The notes under the pieces were generated by a model, which searched no databases, was not told the DNA's origin, and saw nothing but the letters and a program-made list of their open reading frames with translations. Below are positions 35,581-44,055 of a stretch of DNA of 64,000 bases, in pieces. A program made the position numbers and the translations under genes. Position 1 is the first letter of the stretch; the number at the start of each line of letters is the position of its first letter. Source of the DNA: an uncultured Candidatus Berkelbacteria bacterium (GTDB lineage: Bacteria; Patescibacteriota; UBA1384; UBA12157; JAENIV01); the NCBI GenBank assembly GCA_963698075.1, contig OY969116.1, positions 798,131-862,130 on the forward strand. Direction: 5' to 3'.

Positions 35581-37384
35581 TTTAACTGGGATAATCTCGT
35601 TATTAACTTTAATTTTTGGGATAAGAGTACTATTGGCAGACCGAAAATCAGTCATTAACCGCGCTTTTGCAATATTTTCCGTATTAACTGTGATGTGGCT
35701 GATAATAGACTTTAGTACTTACGAGCAAAGCCTTGCTGATTATCAGACTATACTTTGGAAAATAATTTTCCTGGTCATAATTCTAATGGTTTTTTCTTTG
35801 ACTTATTTTATTAATTATTTTCCTAGGACATATATAAATTTTAGCTCCCTAGGGAAAATAATAATTTTTTCGATTACAATTATCATCGCAGTACTAAGTC
35901 TTTTACCAAATTTTATTGTCGATTATGCTTACATGCAGGATTATGGCTCAAATTTTCAGCAAGGTAAATATTTTATTGTATTTGTATTATATGTATCTAT
36001 TCTCTCTATCTTTATACTGATTGCCCTAATTAACAAATTTATTAAGTCTCGAGGGCAAGAAAGACAGCAATTAAAATATTTACTCTATGGTTTATTGGTG
36101 TTCGTTTTATTAAACTTATCATTTAATATGTTTATTCCTATGATCACTAAGACCTTTCTTTTAGCAAGGATCGGCAGTTATTCTTCGATAATTTTTGTAG
36201 GTTTCCTTGCCTACGCAATCTTAAAAACCCATCTTTTCAATATCCGCATTATCTTAACCGAATCCGCAGTTGTGATTATTGATGTTATTTTGACGGTTCA
36301 GATATTTACTTCGCATTCAACAATGGAGGCATTATTAAGAGCAATGTTTGCTGTTTTTGTGTTTTACGGAAGTTATATTTTAGTTAGATCAGTGAGGCGC
36401 GAGATTAAATTTAGGCAAGAGTTACAGGTCATGACCGAACAGTTAGCCCGGGCCAATGAGCATCTTAAGGAACTTGATGCGATGAAGACGGAGTTTGTCA
36501 GTTTGGCCAGTCACGAGTTGTTAACACCCGTCTCCGCCATCGAAGGATATTTAAGCATGCTTTTGGATGAGCATATGGCCAAAGTGGAAGATCCAACAGC
36601 CCAAAAGTATATGGACCGTGTTTATTCTTCCGCAAAACGATTAGCGCGTCTCGTCACCGATATGCTTAATGTATCAAGAATCGAGGAAGGACGGCTCCTC
36701 GTTGAGAAAAAAGAAATTGATTTATCAAAACTCATTAACGAGGTCATCGAAGAGATTAAATTTAAGGCCGAAGAAAATAAGCAAAAAATTGTTTTTGAAA
36801 ATCCTGACGGCTGGAACACTTTCGGTGATCCTGACAAACTCAAAGAAGTGGTGCTTAATGTTATCGGTAATTCAATCAAATATTCCAAAAATCCCGGCAC
36901 CATTACAATCAAAATCGAAAAAGTCCCGACCGCGCGGGTCGCCGAAAAATGGAAAAAAGTGGAGGATGAAATCAAAGCCCGGCCATTGGACGATCAAGAA
37001 GCAATTAAATCGGCGGTTGATGAACATTTCCACGCTTTAGTCGGGTCCCAACAACTAATAATTTCCGTTCAAGATCAAGGCATTGGCATACCCAAAGAAG
37101 AATTGCCGCGTTTGTTTAAAAAATTTCATCGCGTTGGCGACTACACCACTGCCGAATCGCAGGGCACAGGCCTCGGTCTCTACATTTCTCGCGCTTTAGT
37201 CGAGCTCCATCACGGCCGAATCTGGGCCGAATCCGAAGGTCCTTCCCACGGCTCAACCTTCACTTTTTCTCTGCCGGATATATCTTCCAAAGATGAACTC
37301 TTAAAAATGGAAGCCCAAGCTCCGCAGCCGAAGGAGCAATTAAAACCTTTGGCAAAGCCAGTGAAAGAAGCGGAAGAGATCTAG
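35561..37384 (+). CDS. 7TM (HisKA_7TM-like) sensor histidine kinase
   Basis: Multi-TM N-terminus ending AYAILKTHLFNI; H-box SHELLTP, NSIKYS, DQGIGI and GTGLGL. Confidence 0.92.
   Translation: MELVYISLTGIISLLTLIFGIRVLLADRKSVINRAFAIFSVLTVMWLIIDFSTYEQSLADYQTILWKIIFLVIILMVFSLTYFINYFPRTYINFSSLGKIIIFSITIIIAVLSLLPNFIVDYAYMQDYGSNFQQGKYFIVFVLYVSILSIFILIALINKFIKSRGQERQQLKYLLYGLLVFVLLNLSFNMFIPMITKTFLLARIGSYSSIIFVGFLAYAILKTHLFNIRIILTESAVVIIDVILTVQIFTSHSTMEALLRAMFAVFVFYGSYILVRSVRREIKFRQELQVMTEQLARANEHLKELDAMKTEFVSLASHELLTPVSAIEGYLSMLLDEHMAKVEDPTAQKYMDRVYSSAKRLARLVTDMLNVSRIEEGRLLVEKKEIDLSKLINEVIEEIKFKAEENKQKIVFENPDGWNTFGDPDKLKEVVLNVIGNSIKYSKNPGTITIKIEKVPTARVAEKWKKVEDEIKARPLDDQEAIKSAVDEHFHALVGSQQLIISVQDQGIGIPKEELPRLFKKFHRVGDYTTAESQGTGLGLYISRALVELHHGRIWAESEGPSHGSTFTFSLPDISSKDELLKMEAQAPQPKEQLKPLAKPVKEAEEI
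37292..37384 (+). repeat. Kinase 3'-end repeat, copy 1 (in the intact gene)
   Basis: 93 bp encoding DELLKMEAQAPQPKEQLKPLAKPVKEAEEI*. Confidence 0.9.
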
Positions 37385-37435
37385 CCCCTTGACAAACATA
37401 CAAAATTTGTATATTATAACATTAGAGGTAAAAAA

Positions 37436-37660
37436 ATGGCAATTAAAACTGTCAACATCTCATTCCCAGACAATGTTCTTAAGCAAATTGACGAGTTTGC
37501 GAAAAAAGAAGCTTTAAGCCGAAGCGATGTTTTAAGAATTGGTGCCAAAAAATATATTCGTAATTTTACCGAATGGCAGCTTTTGCAGGAGATTGGCGAA
37601 AAACAAGCTAAAAAACTTGGTTTAGACACGGAAGAAAAGGTCGTTAAAATCTTGCAATGA
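37436..37660 (+). CDS. Ribbon-helix-helix (CopG) antitoxin
   Basis: KTVNISFPDNVLKQIDEFAKKEALSRSDVLR; overlaps the PIN gene start. Confidence 0.85.
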   Translation: MAIKTVNISFPDNVLKQIDEFAKKEALSRSDVLRIGAKKYIRNFTEWQLLQEIGEKQAKKLGLDTEEKVVKILQ

Positions 37661-38076
37661 AAATTGTCATTGATAGTTCGGTTTGGATTGCGGGGATTGG
37701 TTCTCGTACCGGCTTTGCTAGCCAGATTATTTTTAAATCATATAAAAGTTCTCAAATTGAAATTTTTATCTCAAATAAGATTTTGGATGAAATTTCGATT
37801 AATTTAGAAAAAAAGTTAAAATTCGACACCTCAACTAGTCATCGAGCCCGACAAACTGTCAGAAATCTATGTGACTTTGAAGTCGAAGTGAGCTCCAGAG
37901 ATGAGAAAACAATTAGCAAGAGATATCCTGAAGATAAACATATTCTTGCTTTATGCCGAAAGATTCAAGCTGATTATTTGATCACATTTGACCGCAAACA
38001 TTTGTTACCTTTGAAAAAATTCGATCGAACTTTAATTTTAGAACCCAAGGATTTTGTCAAAGTGATGAACTCTTAA
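37657..38076 (+). CDS. PIN-domain toxin (VapC-like)
   Basis: MKIVIDSSVW...EDKHILAL...ADYLITFDRKHLL. Confidence 0.87.
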   Translation: MKIVIDSSVWIAGIGSRTGFASQIIFKSYKSSQIEIFISNKILDEISINLEKKLKFDTSTSHRARQTVRNLCDFEVEVSSRDEKTISKRYPEDKHILALCRKIQADYLITFDRKHLLPLKKFDRTLILEPKDFVKVMNS

Positions 38077-38156
38077 AAATGGAAGCCCAAGTTCCCAAAA
38101 CCAAAGAAGCCCTCAAGCCTCTCGCCCGTCCGGTCAAAGAAGCGGAAGAGATCTAA
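38064..38156 (+). repeat. Kinase 3'-end repeat, copy 2 (displaced)
   Basis: 93 bp encoding DELLKMEAQVPKTKEALKPLARPVKEAEEI*. Confidence 0.9.
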
Positions 38157-38182
38157 AAGTCGTTTTCCAGTATAATAAATTC

Positions 38183-38737
38183 ATGACATTAGTTGTTATT
38201 AGCTACCCTAAAATTGACGATAGACAATTCAGATGGATTCAATCTGTAAGAAAAGAGTACGATGAACTCTATTTTAACGTGATCAACCCCCACTTTACCT
38301 TTGTATTTCCTTTAACATCTGTATCGCAAGGACAATTGATACAACATATAGCGAATCAATTAATTGGGCAAAAACAAATAGATTTTATTCTTACGAAAGC
38401 GATAGTTGAGAAAGATGCTTTCATTGACTATACCCATACTTTTCTTGTTCCCGATAAGGGTTATGATACAATTGTTAAATTACATGATAAATTATACACA
38501 GGCATTCTAGAACCAGAGCTCAGGAGAGATATCCCTTATATTCCACATATAGGTATTGGTAATGACAAAAATCCACAGGTTTGCAAAAAGTTAACCAACG
38601 AAATTAATTGGAAAAAAATTTCTATTGCCGGTAGAATTGGAAATATAGACATTGCCGAGTACAAAAATGATGAAGTCGTTACTATAGAGAGATTAGAACT
38701 CTTCAAGAGGAATCCGAAGTTTCCCAAGACCCAATAA
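38183..38737 (+). CDS. 2H phosphoesterase (2'-5' RNA ligase family)
   Basis: PHFTFVFP and YIPHIGIG His motifs. Confidence 0.82.
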   Translation: MTLVVISYPKIDDRQFRWIQSVRKEYDELYFNVINPHFTFVFPLTSVSQGQLIQHIANQLIGQKQIDFILTKAIVEKDAFIDYTHTFLVPDKGYDTIVKLHDKLYTGILEPELRRDIPYIPHIGIGNDKNPQVCKKLTNEINWKKISIAGRIGNIDIAEYKNDEVVTIERLELFKRNPKFPKTQ

Positions 38738-38785
38738 GCTCTTAAGCCACTCGCCTGGTTAATGAAGCAGGCGGAAGAGATATAA
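38693..38785 (+). repeat. Kinase 3'-end repeat, copy 3 (decayed)
   Basis: 93 bp encoding LELFKRNPKFPKTQ*ALKPLAWLMKQAEEI*. Confidence 0.8.
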
Positions 38786-38869
38786 AATTATTTATTTGAT
38801 CTACAAACTATTGATTTTTAAATCATATTCTTTTAGAATTAGACTAACCAGTTGAACCAGGAGACAGAC

Positions 38870-39139
38870 ATGGAGCGATTCGTCAAGATTGTTATTGAAG
38901 GCGAAACCACTGATAACCTGTGGTCCCAGATCGACTCAATCGATGGTATCCAGATGGTTGAGCGCATCCGTACTTCCTCCCAGGCAGTAGCGTTTTACCG
39001 TATCGAGGCCAGCAAGTTTGACTGTGCCTCAGAGAGATTGAGGACCTATGGGGAGATTTCTGAACTGGACGCCGACGAGCAGAAAAGGTTGTTGGTAAGA
39101 TACAATACCATGCAGCGAATTGCAGCTGCAAGGCTATAG
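38870..39139 (+). CDS. Small hypothetical protein (GC-richer cassette)
   Basis: AGGAG SD before MERFVK; terminator at 39162-39192. Confidence 0.6.
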   Translation: MERFVKIVIEGETTDNLWSQIDSIDGIQMVERIRTSSQAVAFYRIEASKFDCASERLRTYGEISELDADEQKRLLVRYNTMQRIAAARL

Positions 39140-39161
39140 TTCTCCAACCAGAGCATTAAAC

Positions 39162-39192
39162 AAAGGATTCTGGCCGACACCAGAGTCCTTTT
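39162..39192 (+). terminator. Rho-independent terminator
   Basis: aaaggattctgg/ccagagtccttt stem. Confidence 0.7.
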
Positions 39193-39268
39193 CAAAATCA
39201 TAACTCGGGACCAAGGCGATGTGATAAAAACTCTTGCTAGAATTACTTCTACGTGCTAAAATCGAATC

Positions 39269-40975
39269 ATGGAATCTCAAGAAAAATTGGAAATTTTAAG
39301 GCATTCCTGCGCTCATTTATTGGCGGCGGCCATTCACGAAATTTATTCTGGCGCCAAATTTGCGATTGGGCCTTCAATCGAAAATGGTTTTTATTATGAT
39401 TTCGGTTTGCCAAAAACTTTAACCCCTGAAGATCTAAAAAAAATCGAAGCCAAAATGCATGAGCTTTCCAAAAAGGACTTGCCGTTTGAAAAATCGGAAT
39501 TGTCTAAAAAAGAGGCGATTGATAAAGAGAAAAAAGCCAAGCAAAACTACAAAGTTGAACTCATAAACGATATTCCCGATGAAAAAGTCATCTACTTTAC
39601 GACGGGTGATTTTGTTGATCTCTGTCGTGGTCCGCATGTAAAGTCCACTGGCGAGATTGGACATTTCAAGCTTTTAAATATTGCCGGTGCCTATTGGCGG
39701 GGCGATGAGAGAAACCCGATGCTTCAAAGAATCTACGGTACCTGTTGGGAAAGCGAAAAAGATTTAGAAAAGTACCTTGAAATGCTTGAACAGGCAAAGC
39801 TCCGTGACCACCGAAAGATCGGCCAGGATTTGGATTTGTTCTCTTTTCATCCCGAAGCCCCGGGGATGGTTTTCTGGCATCCCAAAGGCAAAGTGATTTT
39901 TGATTTATTGGTAGATTTTTCCCGCGAGAAATCAAAAAAATTTGGCTACCAAGAAGTTTTGACGCCCAACGTTTTAAACATCAATATTTGGAAGGTTTCT
40001 GGTCATTGGGATCATTACAAAGATGCGATGTACTTTGCCGGCGGCAATGAAGCAAAGGAGCAAAATTTTGGAATTCGTCCCATGGGTTGTCCTGGCTCGA
40101 TTTTAATTTACAAAACCAAAACTCATTCTTATAAAGATCTGCCGATTCGTTACTCTGAGTTTGATACTTTGATGCGTAAAGAACTTTCGGGGACTTTACA
40201 CGGATTGTTTAGGGTCCAACAGTTAACACAAGACGATGCTCATTTGTTTTTACGCGAGGATCAGATTCTTGAAGAGATCACTTCAGTTTTAAAACTGGTA
40301 GATGAAACTTATAAAGAATTAGGGCTTCGATACACGATTAATCTTTCCACCCGACCATCTGATTTTATGGGCAAAATCGAAACCTGGGAAAAAGCCGAAA
40401 AAGACTTAAAAGAGGCACTTAAGAAAAGTGGTTTTGAGTATAAAATCAAAGAGGGCGACGGAGCATTCTACGGTCCGAAAATTGATATTGATGTTCTGGA
40501 TGCTTTAGATCGAGCCTGGCAGTGTTCGACGATTCAGCTTGATTTTCAAATGCCGGAGAAATTTGATTTAGACTTTGTCGACGGAAAGAGGAAAAAGGTT
40601 CGGCCGGTGATGATTCATCGCGTGATTTTGGGTTCAATTGAAAGATTCACTGGCATTCTGCTTGAGCATTTTGGCGGCGCTTTACCGACTTGGCTTTCGC
40701 CGACCCAGGCCATTGTCCTGCCGGTTTCCGATAAGCACATTGAATATGCGAAAAAAGTAGCCGAAGACTTTAAGGGTTTCCGGGTAGCAGTTGACGAACG
40801 GAACGAATCGCTCGGTAAAAAAATCCGCGATGCCGAACTTCAAAAAGTCCCATTTATAATTGTGGTTGGCGATAAAGAGATAAGCGACAAAAATATCACC
40901 ATTAGAACGCGCGGCTCAAGGGACCTCAAAGTCTCTAATATCGAGAAATTAATTAAGCTCATAGGCGAAAAATAA
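39269..40975 (+). CDS. thrS: Threonine-tRNA ligase (no TGS domain)
   Basis: LRHSCAHLLA, DLCRGPHV, RDHRKIG, GAFYGPKID and MIHRVILGSIERF. Confidence 0.97.
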   Translation: MESQEKLEILRHSCAHLLAAAIHEIYSGAKFAIGPSIENGFYYDFGLPKTLTPEDLKKIEAKMHELSKKDLPFEKSELSKKEAIDKEKKAKQNYKVELINDIPDEKVIYFTTGDFVDLCRGPHVKSTGEIGHFKLLNIAGAYWRGDERNPMLQRIYGTCWESEKDLEKYLEMLEQAKLRDHRKIGQDLDLFSFHPEAPGMVFWHPKGKVIFDLLVDFSREKSKKFGYQEVLTPNVLNINIWKVSGHWDHYKDAMYFAGGNEAKEQNFGIRPMGCPGSILIYKTKTHSYKDLPIRYSEFDTLMRKELSGTLHGLFRVQQLTQDDAHLFLREDQILEEITSVLKLVDETYKELGLRYTINLSTRPSDFMGKIETWEKAEKDLKEALKKSGFEYKIKEGDGAFYGPKIDIDVLDALDRAWQCSTIQLDFQMPEKFDLDFVDGKRKKVRPVMIHRVILGSIERFTGILLEHFGGALPTWLSPTQAIVLPVSDKHIEYAKKVAEDFKGFRVAVDERNESLGKKIRDAELQKVPFIIVVGDKEISDKNITIRTRGSRDLKVSNIEKLIKLIGEK

Positions 40976-40981
40976 AAAACA

Positions 40982-41908
40982 TTGAAAATACTTAAGAATC
41001 TTTACGGTAAAGAAAAAAACGATGAGTATTTCAAGTTGCTTTTATCGGCCGGGGAAGGGTTTTTAGTAGAAACGTTGATTGGTAAATGTGTCGTTTCAAA
41101 AAAAGGACTTTTTCCTAAACTAAATCTCCCAGATAGTTCTTTAAGAAAAACACACGTGTTCTGTTGTGTTTCTACTCAAATTGGCTGCGTCAACACTTGT
41201 CGTTTTTGCAATAATCGAAAAAAGCGCTTCGTAAGAAATTTAAGTCTGTCAGAAATAAAACAAGAGGTAGATGAAGCTCAAAAAATCTCCCGAAAATTCT
41301 TTGGTCAGAGACTGGAGGAAATTCAATTCGGGGGGATTGGTGAGCCGCTTCTGAATTTGGAAAATGTTATCCGGACAATCGAAATCTTTCACAAGGAAGA
41401 CCAAAATGTCTTTTTTGGGTTTCCGACAACTGGCTTACCGCTAAAAAATTTTCAAAAATTGATTAGAAAATTTTCTGACAAACTCTTGCCAATTTACTTA
41501 CAGATCTCTTTGCACGCCTCAAATGATATTCTTAGGAAAAAAATAATGGGTGTGGGAAACATCCGTCAGATTATACAACTGGCCCAAGAATATTCGGAAA
41601 AGGTTAAATCTCCTGTTATTATTAACTACTTAATGATTCGACAAGTTAATGATCAAATCTGCTTTGCGGATGAGCTCATCCGTTTGTTAGACCAACATTC
41701 GTTAACAAATAAGGTGGTTGTCAAACTATCAATACCAAATGATACAAACACGAAATTTAGCTGTCCGTCGGATGAAAAAAGAATAGACGAATTTAAAGAA
41801 AGACTCGTATCGGCTGGAATTGATGTGGCTGTCTTCGTTAGCGGGGGGAAATCTGTGAAAGCCGGGTGCGGTCAACTTACGGTTTCCCATCAAAAAATCC
41901 AAAAATAA
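40982..41908 (+). CDS. Divergent RlmN/Cfr-like radical SAM enzyme
   Basis: CVSTQIGCVNTCRFC, GGIGEP, ISLHA and AGCGQL. Confidence 0.82.
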   Translation: MKILKNLYGKEKNDEYFKLLLSAGEGFLVETLIGKCVVSKKGLFPKLNLPDSSLRKTHVFCCVSTQIGCVNTCRFCNNRKKRFVRNLSLSEIKQEVDEAQKISRKFFGQRLEEIQFGGIGEPLLNLENVIRTIEIFHKEDQNVFFGFPTTGLPLKNFQKLIRKFSDKLLPIYLQISLHASNDILRKKIMGVGNIRQIIQLAQEYSEKVKSPVIINYLMIRQVNDQICFADELIRLLDQHSLTNKVVVKLSIPNDTNTKFSCPSDEKRIDEFKERLVSAGIDVAVFVSGGKSVKAGCGQLTVSHQKIQK

Positions 41909-42010
41909 CAGCAAAAATTGTTTTTTTGTTCTAATTGTGTTTTAATGGATGTGCGAAACGTGTGCAGTGTCGTTCTGCCATGTTTTGTAGAACATTGAAA
42001 GGAGAAGGGC

Positions 42011-42067
42011 ATGAAGAGGTACGTACGCCCGACCATCAGGCGGATCGCCCGCATCACGACCACCTAG
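42011..42067 (+). CDS. Putative RiPP precursor peptide (18 aa)
   Basis: AAAGGAG SD; MKRYVRPTIRRIARITTT*; YxxPxI RRE-binding-type motif; directly upstream of PqqD and the radical SAM. Confidence 0.7.
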   Translation: MKRYVRPTIRRIARITTT

Positions 42068-42091
42068 GGGCGATTCGCCGGAAGCCGCACA

Positions 42092-42121
42092 AGAGGAGGA
42101 GGTTTACACAACTCCTCCTCT
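42092..42121 (+). promoter_or_regulatory. Intercistronic stem-loop after the precursor gene
   Basis: Perfect 10-bp stem agaggaggag/ctcctcctct without a long T run. Confidence 0.6.
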
Positions 42122-42144
42122 ATTCGTAGTAAAGGAGAAAGGAA

Positions 42145-42390
42145 GTGTTGAAAACCGCCGAAGGAGTCAGATTCAGTCCCACGGAACCTCTGGTCTACCA
42201 CGATCAGGATTTGTTTGAGGCTAACGAAGTCACCTTGCGGATTCTCGATCTCTGTCAGCAGCCGCAGGACCAGGAGGATCTAGTCGCCCGGCTCGGTTGC
42301 GAATATCAGGTCGCCGAGAACGAATTGGCAGATGATGTTTCCGCTATCGTCTCCGACCTGGTTCAATGCGGCATTCTGGTGGAAGTGTGA
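42145..42390 (+). CDS. PqqD family RiPP recognition element
   Basis: LFEANEVTLRILDLC...LVARLGCEYQV...LADDVSAIVSDLVQCGIL winged-helix pattern. Confidence 0.85.
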   Translation: MLKTAEGVRFSPTEPLVYHDQDLFEANEVTLRILDLCQQPQDQEDLVARLGCEYQVAENELADDVSAIVSDLVQCGILVEV

Positions 42391-43292
42391 TGGCCAGCGT
42401 CTATCCCGTCACCGTCATGTGGAACTTCGGCTATCAGTGCAATATGAATTGCATCCACTGCTACTCAAGACAAGACGCCAGGGCAAACATCGAACACGAA
42501 ATGACACTGGTGCAGGCCGAGCACATTGCTGCCGAGATAATCGCCGCCAAAGCCGTCCATACCCATTTCGGAGGGGGTGAGTCCTTGATGAGACCAGACT
42601 TTGGTCCGATCGCTTCCTCACTGACGAGCACCGGCATTAACGTGAGTCTAAGTTCCAATGGGGCGTTTATCGATGAAAGCACAGCGAATCTCCTTCGAGT
42701 TATACCTCTCGATTTTGTTTCCTTGAGTTTTCACGGTATCAAAGCCGCAACGCACGACGCATTCACCCGTCATCCGGGTTCTTTCGACGGTTTGCTACGA
42801 GCGGCTACCATTCTCAAGGCGGCCGGCGTGAGGACGAAGATCGTTTTCTCGCTCCACGCTCGTAGCAGAGATGAGGCCCCCGGGGTCTTTGATCTGGCGC
42901 GAGAGTGCGGTGTTACCTTCGTGCAGTTTGCCTATGTCAAAGCCGTGGGAAACGCGGCCGAAAACCTCACAAGTTTGCAGTTGAGTCCTTCAGAATGGGT
43001 AGCTTTGTATTCGGCAATCCGCACCCAGGCCGAATCTTACCCTGATCTGAATATTCACTTTGGTCTAGACAACAATCCCATAATCGCAGGCTATGTGGGG
43101 CAAACCATTCTCCCATGTCCGTGCGGAAGATATTCGATCGCAATCAAGCCCAATGGGGATGTCTCCCCGTGCAATGTCGTTACTACCGTCGTGGGAAACG
43201 TCTATCGCCAATCCCTGCTCGATATTTGGCAAGAGGCACCGGAGCTTATCAAAATCCGCTCCGGGACGGCAAATCCCTGCGCCTCCTTTTAA
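42390..43292 (+). CDS. Radical SAM enzyme with a Twitch/partial SPASM domain
   Basis: CNMNCIHC, FGGGE and CPCGRYSIAIKPNGDVSPC...GNV...SLLDIW; TGATG coupling to PqqD. Confidence 0.9.
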   Translation: MASVYPVTVMWNFGYQCNMNCIHCYSRQDARANIEHEMTLVQAEHIAAEIIAAKAVHTHFGGGESLMRPDFGPIASSLTSTGINVSLSSNGAFIDESTANLLRVIPLDFVSLSFHGIKAATHDAFTRHPGSFDGLLRAATILKAAGVRTKIVFSLHARSRDEAPGVFDLARECGVTFVQFAYVKAVGNAAENLTSLQLSPSEWVALYSAIRTQAESYPDLNIHFGLDNNPIIAGYVGQTILPCPCGRYSIAIKPNGDVSPCNVVTTVVGNVYRQSLLDIWQEAPELIKIRSGTANPCASF

Positions 43293-43309
43293 CGAATCCG
43301 ATCCAGTAG

Positions 43310-43330
43310 AGGGAGTTCATACTCCCTTTT
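43310..43330 (+). terminator. Terminator of the RiPP cassette
   Basis: agggagt/actccct stem followed by Ts. Confidence 0.6.
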
Positions 43331-43374
43331 CGTTTATATAAAGAAGAATCCGTCCCGGAAGGGGACGGATGATG

Positions 43375-43716
43375 TTAGAACTCGAGCTCCGAAAGGTGGA
43401 ATTCTTGGACGGTGGAGAAGGCTCCAACCATCCAAACTCGAAGATTAGTGGTTGCGAATTCTCTTAGGATGACGCAGATTGCCTCTTCGATCTCGTCCTT
43501 GTTTGCTTGGGCGTTTGCCTCCCTGGTGTCGATATGAATCTGAGCGAAGAGGCCAGCGCTGTCGGAGAAGTGGGATGGGACGATCTCGACGAAAATCGGC
43601 TTGATCATCTCGGTAATGTTCAGAATCTCAGCGACTTTGCTCTGAATCTTATCTCGCAGAGCTTGCCGTTCATCTGGGCTGATGGTGTCAGGTATACCGT
43701 AAATGAGGATCAGCAT
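43375..43716 (-). CDS. 113-aa hypothetical protein, possibly tautomerase/MIF-like (copy 2)
   Basis: Paralog of 35030-35371, including the shared downstream hairpin atccgtccc/gggacggat. Confidence 0.75.
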   Translation of the reverse strand: MLILIYGIPDTISPDERQALRDKIQSKVAEILNITEMIKPIFVEIVPSHFSDSAGLFAQIHIDTREANAQANKDEIEEAICVILREFATTNLRVWMVGAFSTVQEFHLSELEF

Positions 43717-43819
43717 GCGATTCCTCCGCGCGGCGTTGTTAGAACTATTATGACACCTTTTAAATAAATGTCAACTGTTGACAAAATTTCTAGTTATTAT
43801 ACAATTAAAATACCAAATT

Positions 43820-44040
43820 CAAAACCAATGACCAGGAGAATGGGCCTGCGAGGTGCAAGGTGAAAGCTTTAGCCAGTAGCCAATGCCGGGCGTTCCCGTG
43901 AAAGAACAAAGGTATGTCGGTTGAAAATACCGGAGTGCCTAAAAGAGGTCTCGCCTCGGCGGGGCAATGAAGGTGGTACCGCGGAAGAGAGGTCTTTCGT
44001 CCTTCTAAACTCATTTTAGAAAAACGAGAGACCTTTTTTC
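43820..44040 (+). promoter_or_regulatory. T-box riboswitch (transcriptional) with a short Stem I
   Basis: AAGGTGGTACCGCG at 43970-43983, antiterminator partner TTCGTCCTTC, terminator ggtcttt..agagacc-T6, GCGAG/GGTGAAAG boxes, GTTCCCGTGAAAGAAC stem IIA/B; promoter TTGACA at 43778. Confidence 0.85.
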
Positions 44041-44055
44041 ATTAGAAAGGGAAAA

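Noticed and set aside
37292-38785. Classical integron attC array or CRISPR
   Set aside because: Repeats are coding-derived, not palindromic, and lack RYYYAAC/GTTRRRY ends; no IntI seen; the intervening segments are whole genes
42065-42067. Pyrrolysine or genetic-code reassignment of TAG
   Set aside because: TAG terminates several clear genes here (dnaE, dnaB, the 7TM kinase) and no pyl genes are in the window
41935-42129. 64-aa ORF as the RiPP precursor
   Set aside because: No SD; the SD-led frame at 42011 carries the YxxP motif
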